DNA of 64,000 bases from Desulfatiglandales bacterium. Its GTDB lineage: Bacteria > Desulfobacterota > DSM-4660 > Desulfatiglandales > HGW-15. The stretch is taken from assembly GCA_963667015.2 (NCBI GenBank), contig CAXXJJ010000004.1, forward strand, positions 576,001 to 640,000. The letters are read 5' to 3'. The translations under genes were made by a program, and so were the position numbers. Below are positions 41,813 through 51,378 of the stretch, piece by piece. Each line of letters starts with the position of its first letter. Position 1 is the first letter of the stretch. A model generated the notes under the pieces. The model saw nothing but the letters and a program-made list of their open reading frames with translations. It searched no databases and had not been told where the DNA came from.

Positions 41813-42871
41813 ATGAGCATTAACAAAAAGTGGAAGCAAAAATTTGATATACTGAAAAACTATATAGCAACTAACTCTGAAATTATTATAAATACAAACG
41901 AAATATCCATACCGGAGCATCTACGTGATAAATTCTACGATTATTTTGATGATATCCGGAATACGTTTGTAGAGGATTTTTTCACCTCATTACCGCTGGA
42001 TGCAGACACCCTTTGCAGGAACTATAATCAGTCGGAAAAAGAGCTGATCGACTTTCTAAATCTTGAACGTATCGACCTGCCTGTGGATCTTATAAGCTTT
42101 CTTCATAATCCAAGAGAGGGCATGGTACGCTGGCTCTACAACAGATTGTTCGAAGTAATACAGGAAAAGATATCAATAGAAGATTTTGAACAGATTGCGG
42201 AAAATGATCTGGTCGCAACAACCGCAGAGATGTACCGGCTTGGGTATGAAACATGGGCAGTTCTGACACTTATCCTTTCACTTGACCCTGAAAAGGCATA
42301 CTCTGTTGAGCTAGATGAGGAATATAATCCTATTGCTGGAGAACTCAAGGTAATTGCCTTTGGTCGTCAGTTTAATCACAGTACAAAGCGCATACCTGAA
42401 TTTATTATTCATTCAAAAAAACTTGATTGTTATGTTGCGGTAAAGGTGCCACTGGCAAAGGAAGTTGAGGGATACCATCTCCCCCACGAAGTCCCTAAAA
42501 AGATGCTGAGAGACCGCACCGGTGATACATCCTATGTACTGGATTCAAGGATTTTATTTCTTTCAGTGCTAAAAAACCTGGATGATATTCCTATTTATGC
42601 TGAAATATCTGAGCGTAAGATAGAAAGCCCTGACGCAGTAATAGAATTCCTGACCTCAGAAGACCTGAATGACGCGGAAAAAATTTCTCAGATTCAAAAA
42701 CGGTTAAAAATTATGAAACCAGGGCTTGGCGGTTCAGTTATGGTTATGAATCCCGATTATAAAACTGGTTCCGAACCATCAGCGGAAGGTATTGATATAT
42801 TTTTAACAGGATTTGATAGAAATAAATTACAGCAGGTTACTCAAAAACTTTTAGTCGGCAAAGAAAGCTAG
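41813..42871 (+). CDS. Hypothetical protein
   Basis: 352-aa ORF 6 nt after the methyltransferase; no recognised motif. Confidence 0.7.
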   Translation: MSINKKWKQKFDILKNYIATNSEIIINTNEISIPEHLRDKFYDYFDDIRNTFVEDFFTSLPLDADTLCRNYNQSEKELIDFLNLERIDLPVDLISFLHNPREGMVRWLYNRLFEVIQEKISIEDFEQIAENDLVATTAEMYRLGYETWAVLTLILSLDPEKAYSVELDEEYNPIAGELKVIAFGRQFNHSTKRIPEFIIHSKKLDCYVAVKVPLAKEVEGYHLPHEVPKKMLRDRTGDTSYVLDSRILFLSVLKNLDDIPIYAEISERKIESPDAVIEFLTSEDLNDAEKISQIQKRLKIMKPGLGGSVMVMNPDYKTGSEPSAEGIDIFLTGFDRNKLQQVTQKLLVGKES

Positions 42872-42975
42872 ACTATACATGGATTGCCACAAGGTATTAA
42901 TTTGACACATATGTGCCAAACATCTATATTCGATTAGAGATGAAGTAACGTTTTTTCAACTCAATATTAGGAGAT

Positions 42976-43695
42976 ATGACTATGGCGGATGAGACAAGTA
43001 ACATAAACCGCAGGAGCTTTCTTAAAAACGCGGGAGTCATAATCGGTGGAAGTGCCATTGGCGCAGCCGGAATGACGCTCAGGCCGGAAATGGCGCAAGC
43101 CGCTGAAGCCGTTAAAGGGGTCCCCCGGACCGTTACGCAGTTCCGTTGCCCTGTTTGCAGCAAAAATTTCAGCAGCTTTGCAGAATTAAAAAATCATTTT
43201 AAAACGGATCATCCTGAACAAGTAGAGCCCGTCACTACAAAGCTCAATATAAACGGAGAGGAATGCGAGGTACTTATCGAACCCCACTGGACACTTCAGC
43301 GAACCCTTCAGTTCAAACTCGGTCTTACAGGCGCAAAACACATGTGCGGCCGTGGCGTATGCGGATCCTGCACGGTTATTATGGATGGAAGGGCTATCCT
43401 GTCATGTACGACACTTGCTGTGGAGTGTGAAGGCAAACACATCCAGACGGTTGAAGGCATAGCAGCAGATCCCAAATGGAGGCCCCTGATCGATTCCTAT
43501 TGTAAATGGGATGCCATGCAGTGCGGTTACTGTACCCCGGGGTTTCTAGTAAGCGCCAAGGCTCTCCTGGATAAAAAACAAAACCCGACCGAAGAAGACT
43601 GCAAACAGGCACTGGCAGGCAATATCTGCTGCTGCGGTACATATCACCGTCATCCAACCGCCATCATGGAAGCCGCTCCTGCAGTAAAGGCATGA
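42976..43695 (+). CDS. Tat-exported 2x[2Fe-2S] subunit (PaoA/CoxS-like) with inserted C2H2 zinc finger
   Basis: INRRSFL; GLTGAKHMCGRGVCGSCTV; QCGYCTPG; GNICCCGTY; CPVC..F.....L..H....H. Confidence 0.92.
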   Translation: MTMADETSNINRRSFLKNAGVIIGGSAIGAAGMTLRPEMAQAAEAVKGVPRTVTQFRCPVCSKNFSSFAELKNHFKTDHPEQVEPVTTKLNINGEECEVLIEPHWTLQRTLQFKLGLTGAKHMCGRGVCGSCTVIMDGRAILSCTTLAVECEGKHIQTVEGIAADPKWRPLIDSYCKWDAMQCGYCTPGFLVSAKALLDKKQNPTEEDCKQALAGNICCCGTYHRHPTAIMEAAPAVKA

Positions 43696-43711
43696 GCATA
43701 GGAGAAAAAAT

Positions 43712-44671
43712 ATGAAACCATTTAATCATGTAAATGCAACATCACTGGAGGAGATCAGGACAGCCCTTTCCGATGGTAAAACAAACATTATTGCCGGCGG
43801 TACAGATCTCCTTGGGACACTTAAGGACAATATCCTCAGGACCTACCCTTCAACAGTAATCAATCTAAAGACCGTTTCCGGCCTTGATCACATTGAGGAA
43901 AAGGGCGGCATACTCAGCATAGGTGCAGCAACACGTCTTGCTGATATAGCCGGAAACCCGATCGTACAAAAGAAGTACACCGCTCTTGCCCAGGCTGCCT
44001 CAAGGGTAGCAACGCCCCATGTCCGTGAAATGGGGACAATCGGCGGGAACATAGCTCAATTACACCGTTGCTGGTATTTCCGTAAACCGGAAAACCGTTT
44101 TGACTGCAAACGTAAAGGCGGCAGCACTTGTTTTGCCATGAGTGGCGACAACCGATATCATTCAATCTTTGGTGCAAAGGGGGGATGTATTGCAGTAAAT
44201 CCAAGCGATACGGCCCCTGCCCTTATCGCCCTTAATGCAAAGGTGGTTACTGACCGCAGAACTATAGATGCTGAAAATTTCTTTGATGTTAAACAGCCGG
44301 GCAATACTGTCCTGGAAACAGACGAAATAATCAAAGAAATCCAGATCCCCGAGCCTCCAAAGGGTGCAAAGAGCGCTTTTATAAAATTCGCATTCAGAAA
44401 GTCCATAGACTTTCCTATAGTTAACTGCGCTGTCATGGTCGGTGGAAAAAATCCAAGAATAAGCCTTAATGCCGTGGGTCCCACACCTGTTCGCGCAACA
44501 AAGGCCGAAGATGTAATCTCCGGGAAAAGCATAAAAAAAATCAGTGAAAAGGACGCCGAGGCTGCGGGTGAGGCAGCAGTTGCAGATGCAAAGCCTCTTT
44601 TCAAGGCAGCAAAGTTTAAGGTCCAGATTGCCAGAACCCTGGTCAAAAGGGCAATTTTGTCTGTAAAATAG
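43712..44671 (+). CDS. FAD-binding subunit (PaoB-like, with Cys-rich [4Fe-4S] insert)
   Basis: AGGTDLL, GTIGGN, RCWYFR...C.RKGG.TC...GC..VNPSD. Confidence 0.92.
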   Translation: MKPFNHVNATSLEEIRTALSDGKTNIIAGGTDLLGTLKDNILRTYPSTVINLKTVSGLDHIEEKGGILSIGAATRLADIAGNPIVQKKYTALAQAASRVATPHVREMGTIGGNIAQLHRCWYFRKPENRFDCKRKGGSTCFAMSGDNRYHSIFGAKGGCIAVNPSDTAPALIALNAKVVTDRRTIDAENFFDVKQPGNTVLETDEIIKEIQIPEPPKGAKSAFIKFAFRKSIDFPIVNCAVMVGGKNPRISLNAVGPTPVRATKAEDVISGKSIKKISEKDAEAAGEAAVADAKPLFKAAKFKVQIARTLVKRAILSVK

Positions 44672-44695
44672 AGAAGTGCATTATACAAGCTGAAA

Positions 44696-45466
44696 ATGAT
44701 AGGTGCAATAGCAGGAGATATCATAGGGTCTGTTTATGAGCACAACAGTATCAAGACCAAAGATTTTCCTTTATTCAGTGCCTTTTCCAGATTCACTGAT
44801 GACACTGTGCTGACAGTTGCAGTTGCCTGGTCAATTTTATCCGGAATACCTTACAGGGATGCAATTAAAGAGATCGGTAACCGCTACCCCGACGCCGGAT
44901 ATGGCGGAACGTTTATCCAGTGGCTTTTGTCAAAAGACGCAGGGCCATACAACAGCTGGGGCAATGGCTCAGCCATGCGTGTCAGCCCAATAGGATTTGC
45001 CTTTGAAACCATTGAGGAAGTGCTTGAACAGGCACGAATGAGTGCAGAGATCACCCACAATCACCCGGAGGGAATAAAGGGTGCACAGGCAACTGCACTT
45101 GCGGTATACCTTGCCCGGCGAAAAACCAATAAGAACGGAATAAGAGAAGAGATAAAAAACCGTTTCAATTACAATCTGGACAGGTCGGTGAATGAGATCC
45201 GCGCGGTATACGCATTTGATATATCATGCCAGGGCACTGTCCCCGAAGCGATAATTTCATTCCTGGATTCCGGATCGTATGAAGATACAATTCGTAATGC
45301 AGTCTCTCTGGGAGGCGACAGTGATACCCTGGCCTGTATTGCAGGTGGAATTGCAGAGGCATATTATGGACAGATTCCTGATGATATTTATAAGAAGGTG
45401 GAAGAGATACTGCCTGCTGATTTGATGGAAATTGTAAGAGATTTTTATACTGAATTTATCTTTTAA
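44696..45466 (+). CDS. ADP-ribosylglycohydrolase (DraG/ARH family)
   Basis: GAIAGDIIGS, FTDDT, SWGNGSAMR, THNHPEG, GGDSDT. Confidence 0.92.
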   Translation: MIGAIAGDIIGSVYEHNSIKTKDFPLFSAFSRFTDDTVLTVAVAWSILSGIPYRDAIKEIGNRYPDAGYGGTFIQWLLSKDAGPYNSWGNGSAMRVSPIGFAFETIEEVLEQARMSAEITHNHPEGIKGAQATALAVYLARRKTNKNGIREEIKNRFNYNLDRSVNEIRAVYAFDISCQGTVPEAIISFLDSGSYEDTIRNAVSLGGDSDTLACIAGGIAEAYYGQIPDDIYKKVEEILPADLMEIVRDFYTEFIF

Positions 45467-45479
45467 TGGAGATTTAAGG

Positions 45480-47756
45480 ATGTCAGGCAACACAAATTTT
45501 AAAGGAATTATAAAAACAAGCTATATTGATTCCACTCCATACTGGGAGGAAGAAAAAAGGGCGCCAAAAGACGCGCCAAATATCATTTATATTGTTCTGG
45601 ATGATACAGGTTATTCTCAACTGGGCTGCTACGGCTCGCTGGTGGACACCCCCAATATTGATTCAATAGCGGCTGACGGTCTGAGATACAGAGATTTCCA
45701 TGTTAATGCCATGTGTTCCCCTACCCGGGCAAGCCTCCTGACAGGCTGCAATAACCATACAGTAGGACTGGGTTTTCTTTCCAATTATGATCTGGGTGTC
45801 CCCCCTCTTTCCGGTAGCCTTGATCACAAATACGGCTATATAAGTGAAACCCTGCTGGAAAACGGTTATTCCACCTTTGCCCTCGGGAAATGGCATCTGT
45901 GCAAACAAAAGGATATGGAAGGGGCCGGGCCATTCACCCAGTGGCCTCTGGGAAGGGGTTTTGAGAAGTATTACGGATTTCTCAACGCAGCGACAAGCCA
46001 GTTCCACCCGGCCCTTGTTCAGGATAACCAGTTTATAGATCCTCCAAAACTGCCGGAAGAAGGATATCATTTAAGTGAGGACCTTATTGATAAAGCCATA
46101 GGCTATATAGGTGATCAGAAATCATGTTCGCCTGAAAAACCATTTTTCTGCTACCTTGCCTTCGGTGCCATGCACGGTCCACACCATGCTCCCCGGGAAT
46201 ACATTGATAAATACAAAGGAGTATTTGATGAAGGCTGGGATATCTATAGAGAGAAGGTCTTTATCAGACAAAAAGAGATGGGGCTTATTCCTGAAGATAC
46301 TGTTCTTACTGAAAGAAACAAAATGGCACCTTCATGGGAAGGGCTTTCCGACCGGCAAAAGAAAATATTTGCAAGATACATGGAGGCGTTTGCAGGCTAC
46401 CTTACACACACAGATGATCAGGTGGGCCGTCTCCTGGATTTTCTTAAAGAGATAGGCCAGTACGAAAATACACTTATTGTCCTGCTTTCAGACAACGGCG
46501 CATCAGGAGAAGGCGGGCCAAACGGCAGTTTCAGCGAATATTATCATTTACTATCCATGAAATGGCCCGATCTTGCAACAGATGAAGAGTATGAACAGCT
46601 CGGCTCTCCCGAGGCCAGTAATAATTACCCTCCAGGCTGGGCATGGGCTGGCAATACCCCGCTCAAATGGTATAAAACCTGGGTTCACGCCGGGGGTGTA
46701 AAGGTACCTCTCATTATCAGCTATCCGAAAAAGATTAAAGACAAAGGCGCCATAAGAAACCAGTACCATCATGTTATTGACATTAACGCCACTGTTCTTG
46801 ATATCTGTAATATTGCACAGCTCGAGAGTATAAAAGGTGTAAAACAGGAGCCAAAGCCGGGCGTAACTATGTCATACACATTTGACGATCAGGATGCCTC
46901 CGGAGAAAGACATGTGCAGTATTATGAAATGCTGGGCAACCGGGGGATATGGGCTGATGGATGGAAGGCAATAACCAATCATGTTGAATCTGACAGTTTT
47001 GAAAAAGATAAATGGGAACTTTACAACACTGCAGTGGATTTTTCAGAATCAAATGACCTGGCGGAACAGCATCCTGAAAAATTAAAGGAGATGATTGATC
47101 TCTGGTGGGGAGAGGCCCGTGAATTCGGGGTCCTGCCTATGCTGGAAAGTTATTACAAGAAGAAAAACGGCTTTGACTTCAACAAAATGCTGAGATTCCC
47201 TCCATCCGAAGAAAAAACCAGGTATGTATATTATCCGCAAAAACTGCCCGGAGGTGGAGTACCCAGAATTGCCAACAAGTCTTTTACCATGACTGCCTAC
47301 CTGGAGCATAACACGGGGAATGAGGGAGTACTTGTATCCGCAGGCGTGAATGTCAGCGGCTATTCAATGAATATCGAAGACAACAGGCTGCATTTTCATT
47401 ACAATTATCTCAATGAATCGCATTTTCATGTAGAATCCGAAGATGAGCTTCCAACCGGGAAACATTCGCTGACTGTTGATTTTATTCAGACAGCCCAGGA
47501 TCAGGGTGTATGCCGCCTTCTTATAGACGGAATACCATGTTCGAGCGGAATTGATATCTCGACCTATCCTCTATTTGCTGCAGCGGGAGGATTTGCCGTA
47601 GGAAGGTATGCAACATCCCCTGTTGTTGCATCACACAGGTCGATGGGATATTTTAAATACAGTGGCAATATAAAAAAGGTTGTATACAATCTTGAAAGAC
47701 CGGTAAGTGATCATGATTTGATGATAGAACTGGAAGAGGAAGAAAAGAAAGCCTAA
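45480..47756 (+). CDS. Arylsulfatase (formylglycine-dependent) with C-terminal beta-sandwich
   Basis: PNII.IVLDD.G, CSPTRASLLTG, GKWHL, SDNG, WELY; no signal peptide. Confidence 0.93.
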   Translation: MSGNTNFKGIIKTSYIDSTPYWEEEKRAPKDAPNIIYIVLDDTGYSQLGCYGSLVDTPNIDSIAADGLRYRDFHVNAMCSPTRASLLTGCNNHTVGLGFLSNYDLGVPPLSGSLDHKYGYISETLLENGYSTFALGKWHLCKQKDMEGAGPFTQWPLGRGFEKYYGFLNAATSQFHPALVQDNQFIDPPKLPEEGYHLSEDLIDKAIGYIGDQKSCSPEKPFFCYLAFGAMHGPHHAPREYIDKYKGVFDEGWDIYREKVFIRQKEMGLIPEDTVLTERNKMAPSWEGLSDRQKKIFARYMEAFAGYLTHTDDQVGRLLDFLKEIGQYENTLIVLLSDNGASGEGGPNGSFSEYYHLLSMKWPDLATDEEYEQLGSPEASNNYPPGWAWAGNTPLKWYKTWVHAGGVKVPLIISYPKKIKDKGAIRNQYHHVIDINATVLDICNIAQLESIKGVKQEPKPGVTMSYTFDDQDASGERHVQYYEMLGNRGIWADGWKAITNHVESDSFEKDKWELYNTAVDFSESNDLAEQHPEKLKEMIDLWWGEAREFGVLPMLESYYKKKNGFDFNKMLRFPPSEEKTRYVYYPQKLPGGGVPRIANKSFTMTAYLEHNTGNEGVLVSAGVNVSGYSMNIEDNRLHFHYNYLNESHFHVESEDELPTGKHSLTVDFIQTAQDQGVCRLLIDGIPCSSGIDISTYPLFAAAGGFAVGRYATSPVVASHRSMGYFKYSGNIKKVVYNLERPVSDHDLMIELEEEEKKA

Positions 47757-47798
47757 AAAAAAAGGGAACAAGATTAATCATTGTTCCCTTTTATTTTT
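47756..47798. terminator. Bidirectional intrinsic terminator
   Basis: A-tract, AAAAGGGAACAA-loop-TTGTTCCCTTTT, T-tract between convergent genes. Confidence 0.85.
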
Positions 47799-47807
47799 AG
47801 CTATAGC

Positions 47808-48671
47808 CTAATCTAAATCCTCATCACGCCATTCCCAGTCTCTTCCGCCCTTGAATACCGCTGCATTCATCTCATTACTGAGGAACAGAAGGTTGGAATT
47901 GGGAAAACGAAGCGCCATTTCAAGGAAGAACTCACTGGTTGTATCCGTGCTGGCAAGAACTTCTTTTGTGGCTTTAAGATACTCTTTCATATAAACAAAG
48001 CATGATGAGTCAAAAGGCATGCCCGGGCTCTGATGGCCTGGAATTACAGTCTCAGCACCCAGTTTTTCCAGCATTTCAACATCTTCAAGCCATTTTTGTC
48101 TTTCTTCTTCATTTATCTCACAGGTGAAAGGATGAGATTCATTAAAAAGCACATCACTTCCGTATAGAAGTTTAATAGAAGGAACCCATACAACGGTATT
48201 GTATTTAAGATCGCCCATGATATGAGGCATAATCTCAATTTTATGGCCTTCCAGTTCAAAATAATTATTTTCCATGGGCTCGATATTAACTGCCTTTGTG
48301 GGAACATTTATAGGTCCGATAATATCTACCCAGTGATCAATTTTGCCAAACATCTGCTTGTTTACAGTATTGGCTACTTCCGATAAAGCTATAACCTTTG
48401 CTTCGGGAAAAGCATCTTTTATTGGACCAAGTCCAAAATAATGATCAGGATGTGCATGTGTCACATACATGTACTTAAGGGTTTTTCCGGTTTCAAGGAT
48501 CTCGGCCACTACCCTGTGACCGTTTGCAAGGCTCCATTGAGCATCGAGTATTGCGCAGTCTTTCTCACCCATTAAAATTACAGTACAAACTGAAAAACCG
48601 GCTTTTTCATCACTAAAAAAAACCTTTGCAGAAAGTTTACCAGGTCCATTGTCAACATATCTTACTTCCAT
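47808..48671 (-). CDS. MBL-fold metallo-hydrolase
   Basis: ILDAQ, THAHPDHY, GSDV, VIPGH. Confidence 0.88.
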   Translation of the reverse strand: MEVRYVDNGPGKLSAKVFFSDEKAGFSVCTVILMGEKDCAILDAQWSLANGHRVVAEILETGKTLKYMYVTHAHPDHYFGLGPIKDAFPEAKVIALSEVANTVNKQMFGKIDHWVDIIGPINVPTKAVNIEPMENNYFELEGHKIEIMPHIMGDLKYNTVVWVPSIKLLYGSDVLFNESHPFTCEINEEERQKWLEDVEMLEKLGAETVIPGHQSPGMPFDSSCFVYMKEYLKATKEVLASTDTTSEFFLEMALRFPNSNLLFLSNEMNAAVFKGGRDWEWRDEDLD

Positions 48672-48874
48672 ATTATGCCCTCCTGTTAATTTTATGTTAT
48701 TTCAATATCCTAAGAAGTTATTTGAAATGTTAATTAGAGCTACATACTATACACTATTTTACCGTGTATTCAAGTATTTTACTTAATCATTGAACGGCTC
48801 CCGGTCATGTGTTACAAAACAAAGTCATTACGTTTGTAAAGCCGCCGTTATTCTTAACCGGAGGAGGCATTTAT

Positions 48875-49681
48875 ATGCATTTAACACCGCCAATCACAAA
48901 TATGTCTGACGCCTTCAGCGTCAAGGGAAAGAATGTAATAGTAACAGGAGGAAACCGTGGAATAGGACTGGGTATAAGCACAGCCTTTGCCCAGAGCGGT
49001 GCCAATGTTGTCATCCTTTGCCGAAATATCGAAAAAGGCATGAAGGTTGCCGGGAGTTTTGATCAGTATGGAGGTAGACACGCCTGCATAAAGTGCGATA
49101 TCTCTGACAGAAAGAGTGTTGAAACAGCCACAGGCGAAATATATTCATTTTTTGACCATGTTGATGTTCTTGTTAACAACGCCGGGGTTGCTACAAACAT
49201 TCCATTTATCGAGGATAAAAATTTAAGCGAATGGCACAGGGTCATTAATACAGACCTTCACGGAGTAGCAAATATGATTCATGCCATTGCGCCGAAAATG
49301 AGGGATGCAGGTCTTGGCGGAAGAATCATTAATATTTCATCCATAGGCGCTCAGAACATCGGCAATGCATTGAGCCACCCCAATGCCCCATACCATGCAG
49401 CAAAAGCAGGCCTGGATCATTTTACCCGATACCTGGCGGTTGAACTGGGTGAATACGGCATACGTGTGAACAGTATCGAACCGGGTCCGTTCCATTCGGA
49501 CCTTGATAAGGACCTTCCTGAAGAGGCCCATGAATTCATCAGAAGAGAAACACCTTGCCACCGCTTTGGTGAACCCATCGAAATCGGTGCCTATTGCGTT
49601 TTTCTTTCTTCACCAGCGGGAAGTCACATTACCGGTTCTATATGTGTTCATGATGGAGGTTTACTCTGCAGAGCAGGCTGA
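48875..49681 (+). CDS. Short-chain dehydrogenase/reductase
   Basis: TGGNRGIG, NNAG, YHAAK, IRVNSIEPG; start ATG 48875 after GGAGGAGG. Confidence 0.92.
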   Translation: MHLTPPITNMSDAFSVKGKNVIVTGGNRGIGLGISTAFAQSGANVVILCRNIEKGMKVAGSFDQYGGRHACIKCDISDRKSVETATGEIYSFFDHVDVLVNNAGVATNIPFIEDKNLSEWHRVINTDLHGVANMIHAIAPKMRDAGLGGRIINISSIGAQNIGNALSHPNAPYHAAKAGLDHFTRYLAVELGEYGIRVNSIEPGPFHSDLDKDLPEEAHEFIRRETPCHRFGEPIEIGAYCVFLSSPAGSHITGSICVHDGGLLCRAG

Positions 49682-49702
49682 TTTTAGAAAAGGAGAAAAG
49701 GA

Positions 49703-50578
49703 ATGTCCAATATAAAATATTTCGCACTGGCAGGACAGGGAAATCCGGTAAAAACAAGGGTAGAGCCGAAAAATGCCCGGGTTAATGCGGTATGGATGGA
49801 TGAAGCGATTATAAAAGGATGTATGTTCAACGAGGCTTCATGGTTTTTAAAATCATGTAAAGAACCGGGGCTTGTAAAACATAATTCAGACAAGGTCATA
49901 TTTTTATTAGGCGGAAATCCTGACAAACCGGAGAGGCTTAATGCTACAGTCGATTTATGGATAGAAAACGACAAACTCACACTCACGAATACATGCGCAG
50001 TGTTTGTGCCCGAAGGTGCAGCCCATGGAAACCTTGAGGTGAAAGATCTGGAATTCCCCTTCTTCTACTATGAATGCCATCTTAATACAGATAAATACGA
50101 GGTCTTTCCTGCAGAGGCAACTGCTGCGCCCGGCACCTGCAGCAAATACTATGTTGAAAGGTACGAACGACCGGATGGGACATTTCCGGAGGCGCCCGAA
50201 GGATTTATAAAGTTCCTGGTTTATCTTGATGGTAAAAGGCTTAAAGGTGCACCATATGCCGAGGCAATATGGTTCTGCGATACAAATGATACCGGTCCGG
50301 CCCCGCACAGCCATGATGATTTTGATGAATTCATAGGCTTTATAGGAACTGACCCTGACCACCCTGAAGAATTAAACGCTGAAGTGAGTTTTTTTATAGA
50401 GGATGAAAAGATTTCCATTACGAAAAGCTGCCTGATCTATATTCCAAGGGGTTTGACACACAGCCCAATATTTGTCCCAAGGCTTGATCGTCCGATATTC
50501 CACTTTTCAGGGGGTAATGGCGGGGATTATGCACGCAAGGGAGATGAGCATCGTAATGATAACATGTTTAAGCTCTAA
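49703..50578 (+). CDS. Bicupin-like protein
   Basis: Two homologous halves; the C-half has PHSH..FDE...IPRGLTH metal ligands. Confidence 0.75.
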   Translation: MSNIKYFALAGQGNPVKTRVEPKNARVNAVWMDEAIIKGCMFNEASWFLKSCKEPGLVKHNSDKVIFLLGGNPDKPERLNATVDLWIENDKLTLTNTCAVFVPEGAAHGNLEVKDLEFPFFYYECHLNTDKYEVFPAEATAAPGTCSKYYVERYERPDGTFPEAPEGFIKFLVYLDGKRLKGAPYAEAIWFCDTNDTGPAPHSHDDFDEFIGFIGTDPDHPEELNAEVSFFIEDEKISITKSCLIYIPRGLTHSPIFVPRLDRPIFHFSGGNGGDYARKGDEHRNDNMFKL

Positions 50579-50656
50579 TTAAATTGACGAAAATAAGATG
50601 GTTATTTATTATCTCTGTAAGTATATTTTATCAGCAGATCAATTCAGGGAATAACT

Positions 50657-51145
50657 ATGGCAGAAGCAAAAAAAAATAAATCATCAGAAATATCAGATTT
50701 TCATCTGAAATATACTAAAGAAATAATATATTCCATCCGAAGGTTGATGCAGGCAGGTGAGCTATATACGAAAGAACTAAATAAAATTTATAATATAAGT
50801 TCTGCCCAGCTCAACTGCCTTCTCACCCTTCACGAAAACGGATCATTACCGCCGTCCCAGATCGCCAAATCAATGATGGTTAATTCAAGTACAATAACCG
50901 GAATTATTGATCGACTGGAACAGAAAGGTCTTGTGAAGAGGATGCGGATATCCTCTGATCGGCGTGTAATTACAGTTGAGCTGACAAAAAGCGGGCAGGT
51001 CCTAGCCGAGAATGCTCCTCCTCCTATTCAGCATAAATTGTTCGACGGCCTGAAAAAACTGCCTGAAAATGACATAAAATATATAGCTGAATCTCTGCTG
51101 AAACTTACAGATATGCTGGATGTCAAGGATCTGGAAGTTACCTAG
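50657..51145 (+). CDS. MarR family transcriptional regulator
   Basis: SSTITGIIDRLEQKGLV.R...DRRVITVELT..G; TTGACG-N17-TATTAT upstream at about 50584. Confidence 0.92.
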   Translation: MAEAKKNKSSEISDFHLKYTKEIIYSIRRLMQAGELYTKELNKIYNISSAQLNCLLTLHENGSLPPSQIAKSMMVNSSTITGIIDRLEQKGLVKRMRISSDRRVITVELTKSGQVLAENAPPPIQHKLFDGLKKLPENDIKYIAESLLKLTDMLDVKDLEVT

Positions 51146-51378
51146 TAGAACATTAATTTCAACCATTCCTGTTTTTTAATATCCTTATATATTAAGCAGT
51201 TATACCGGGTCACACCGAGGCGGCTTGACATTTCCCTTGTATTCATATATTTTGAGTTGAAAATATATTTACAGAAACTGTTTTATCTGAATTAAAAATC
51301 ATATTAAATGGTCATCTAAAATTCCAAAGCCTTCAGCGGATAACAGGGAGGCTTTATTTTATTGTTAAAGGAGATAAA

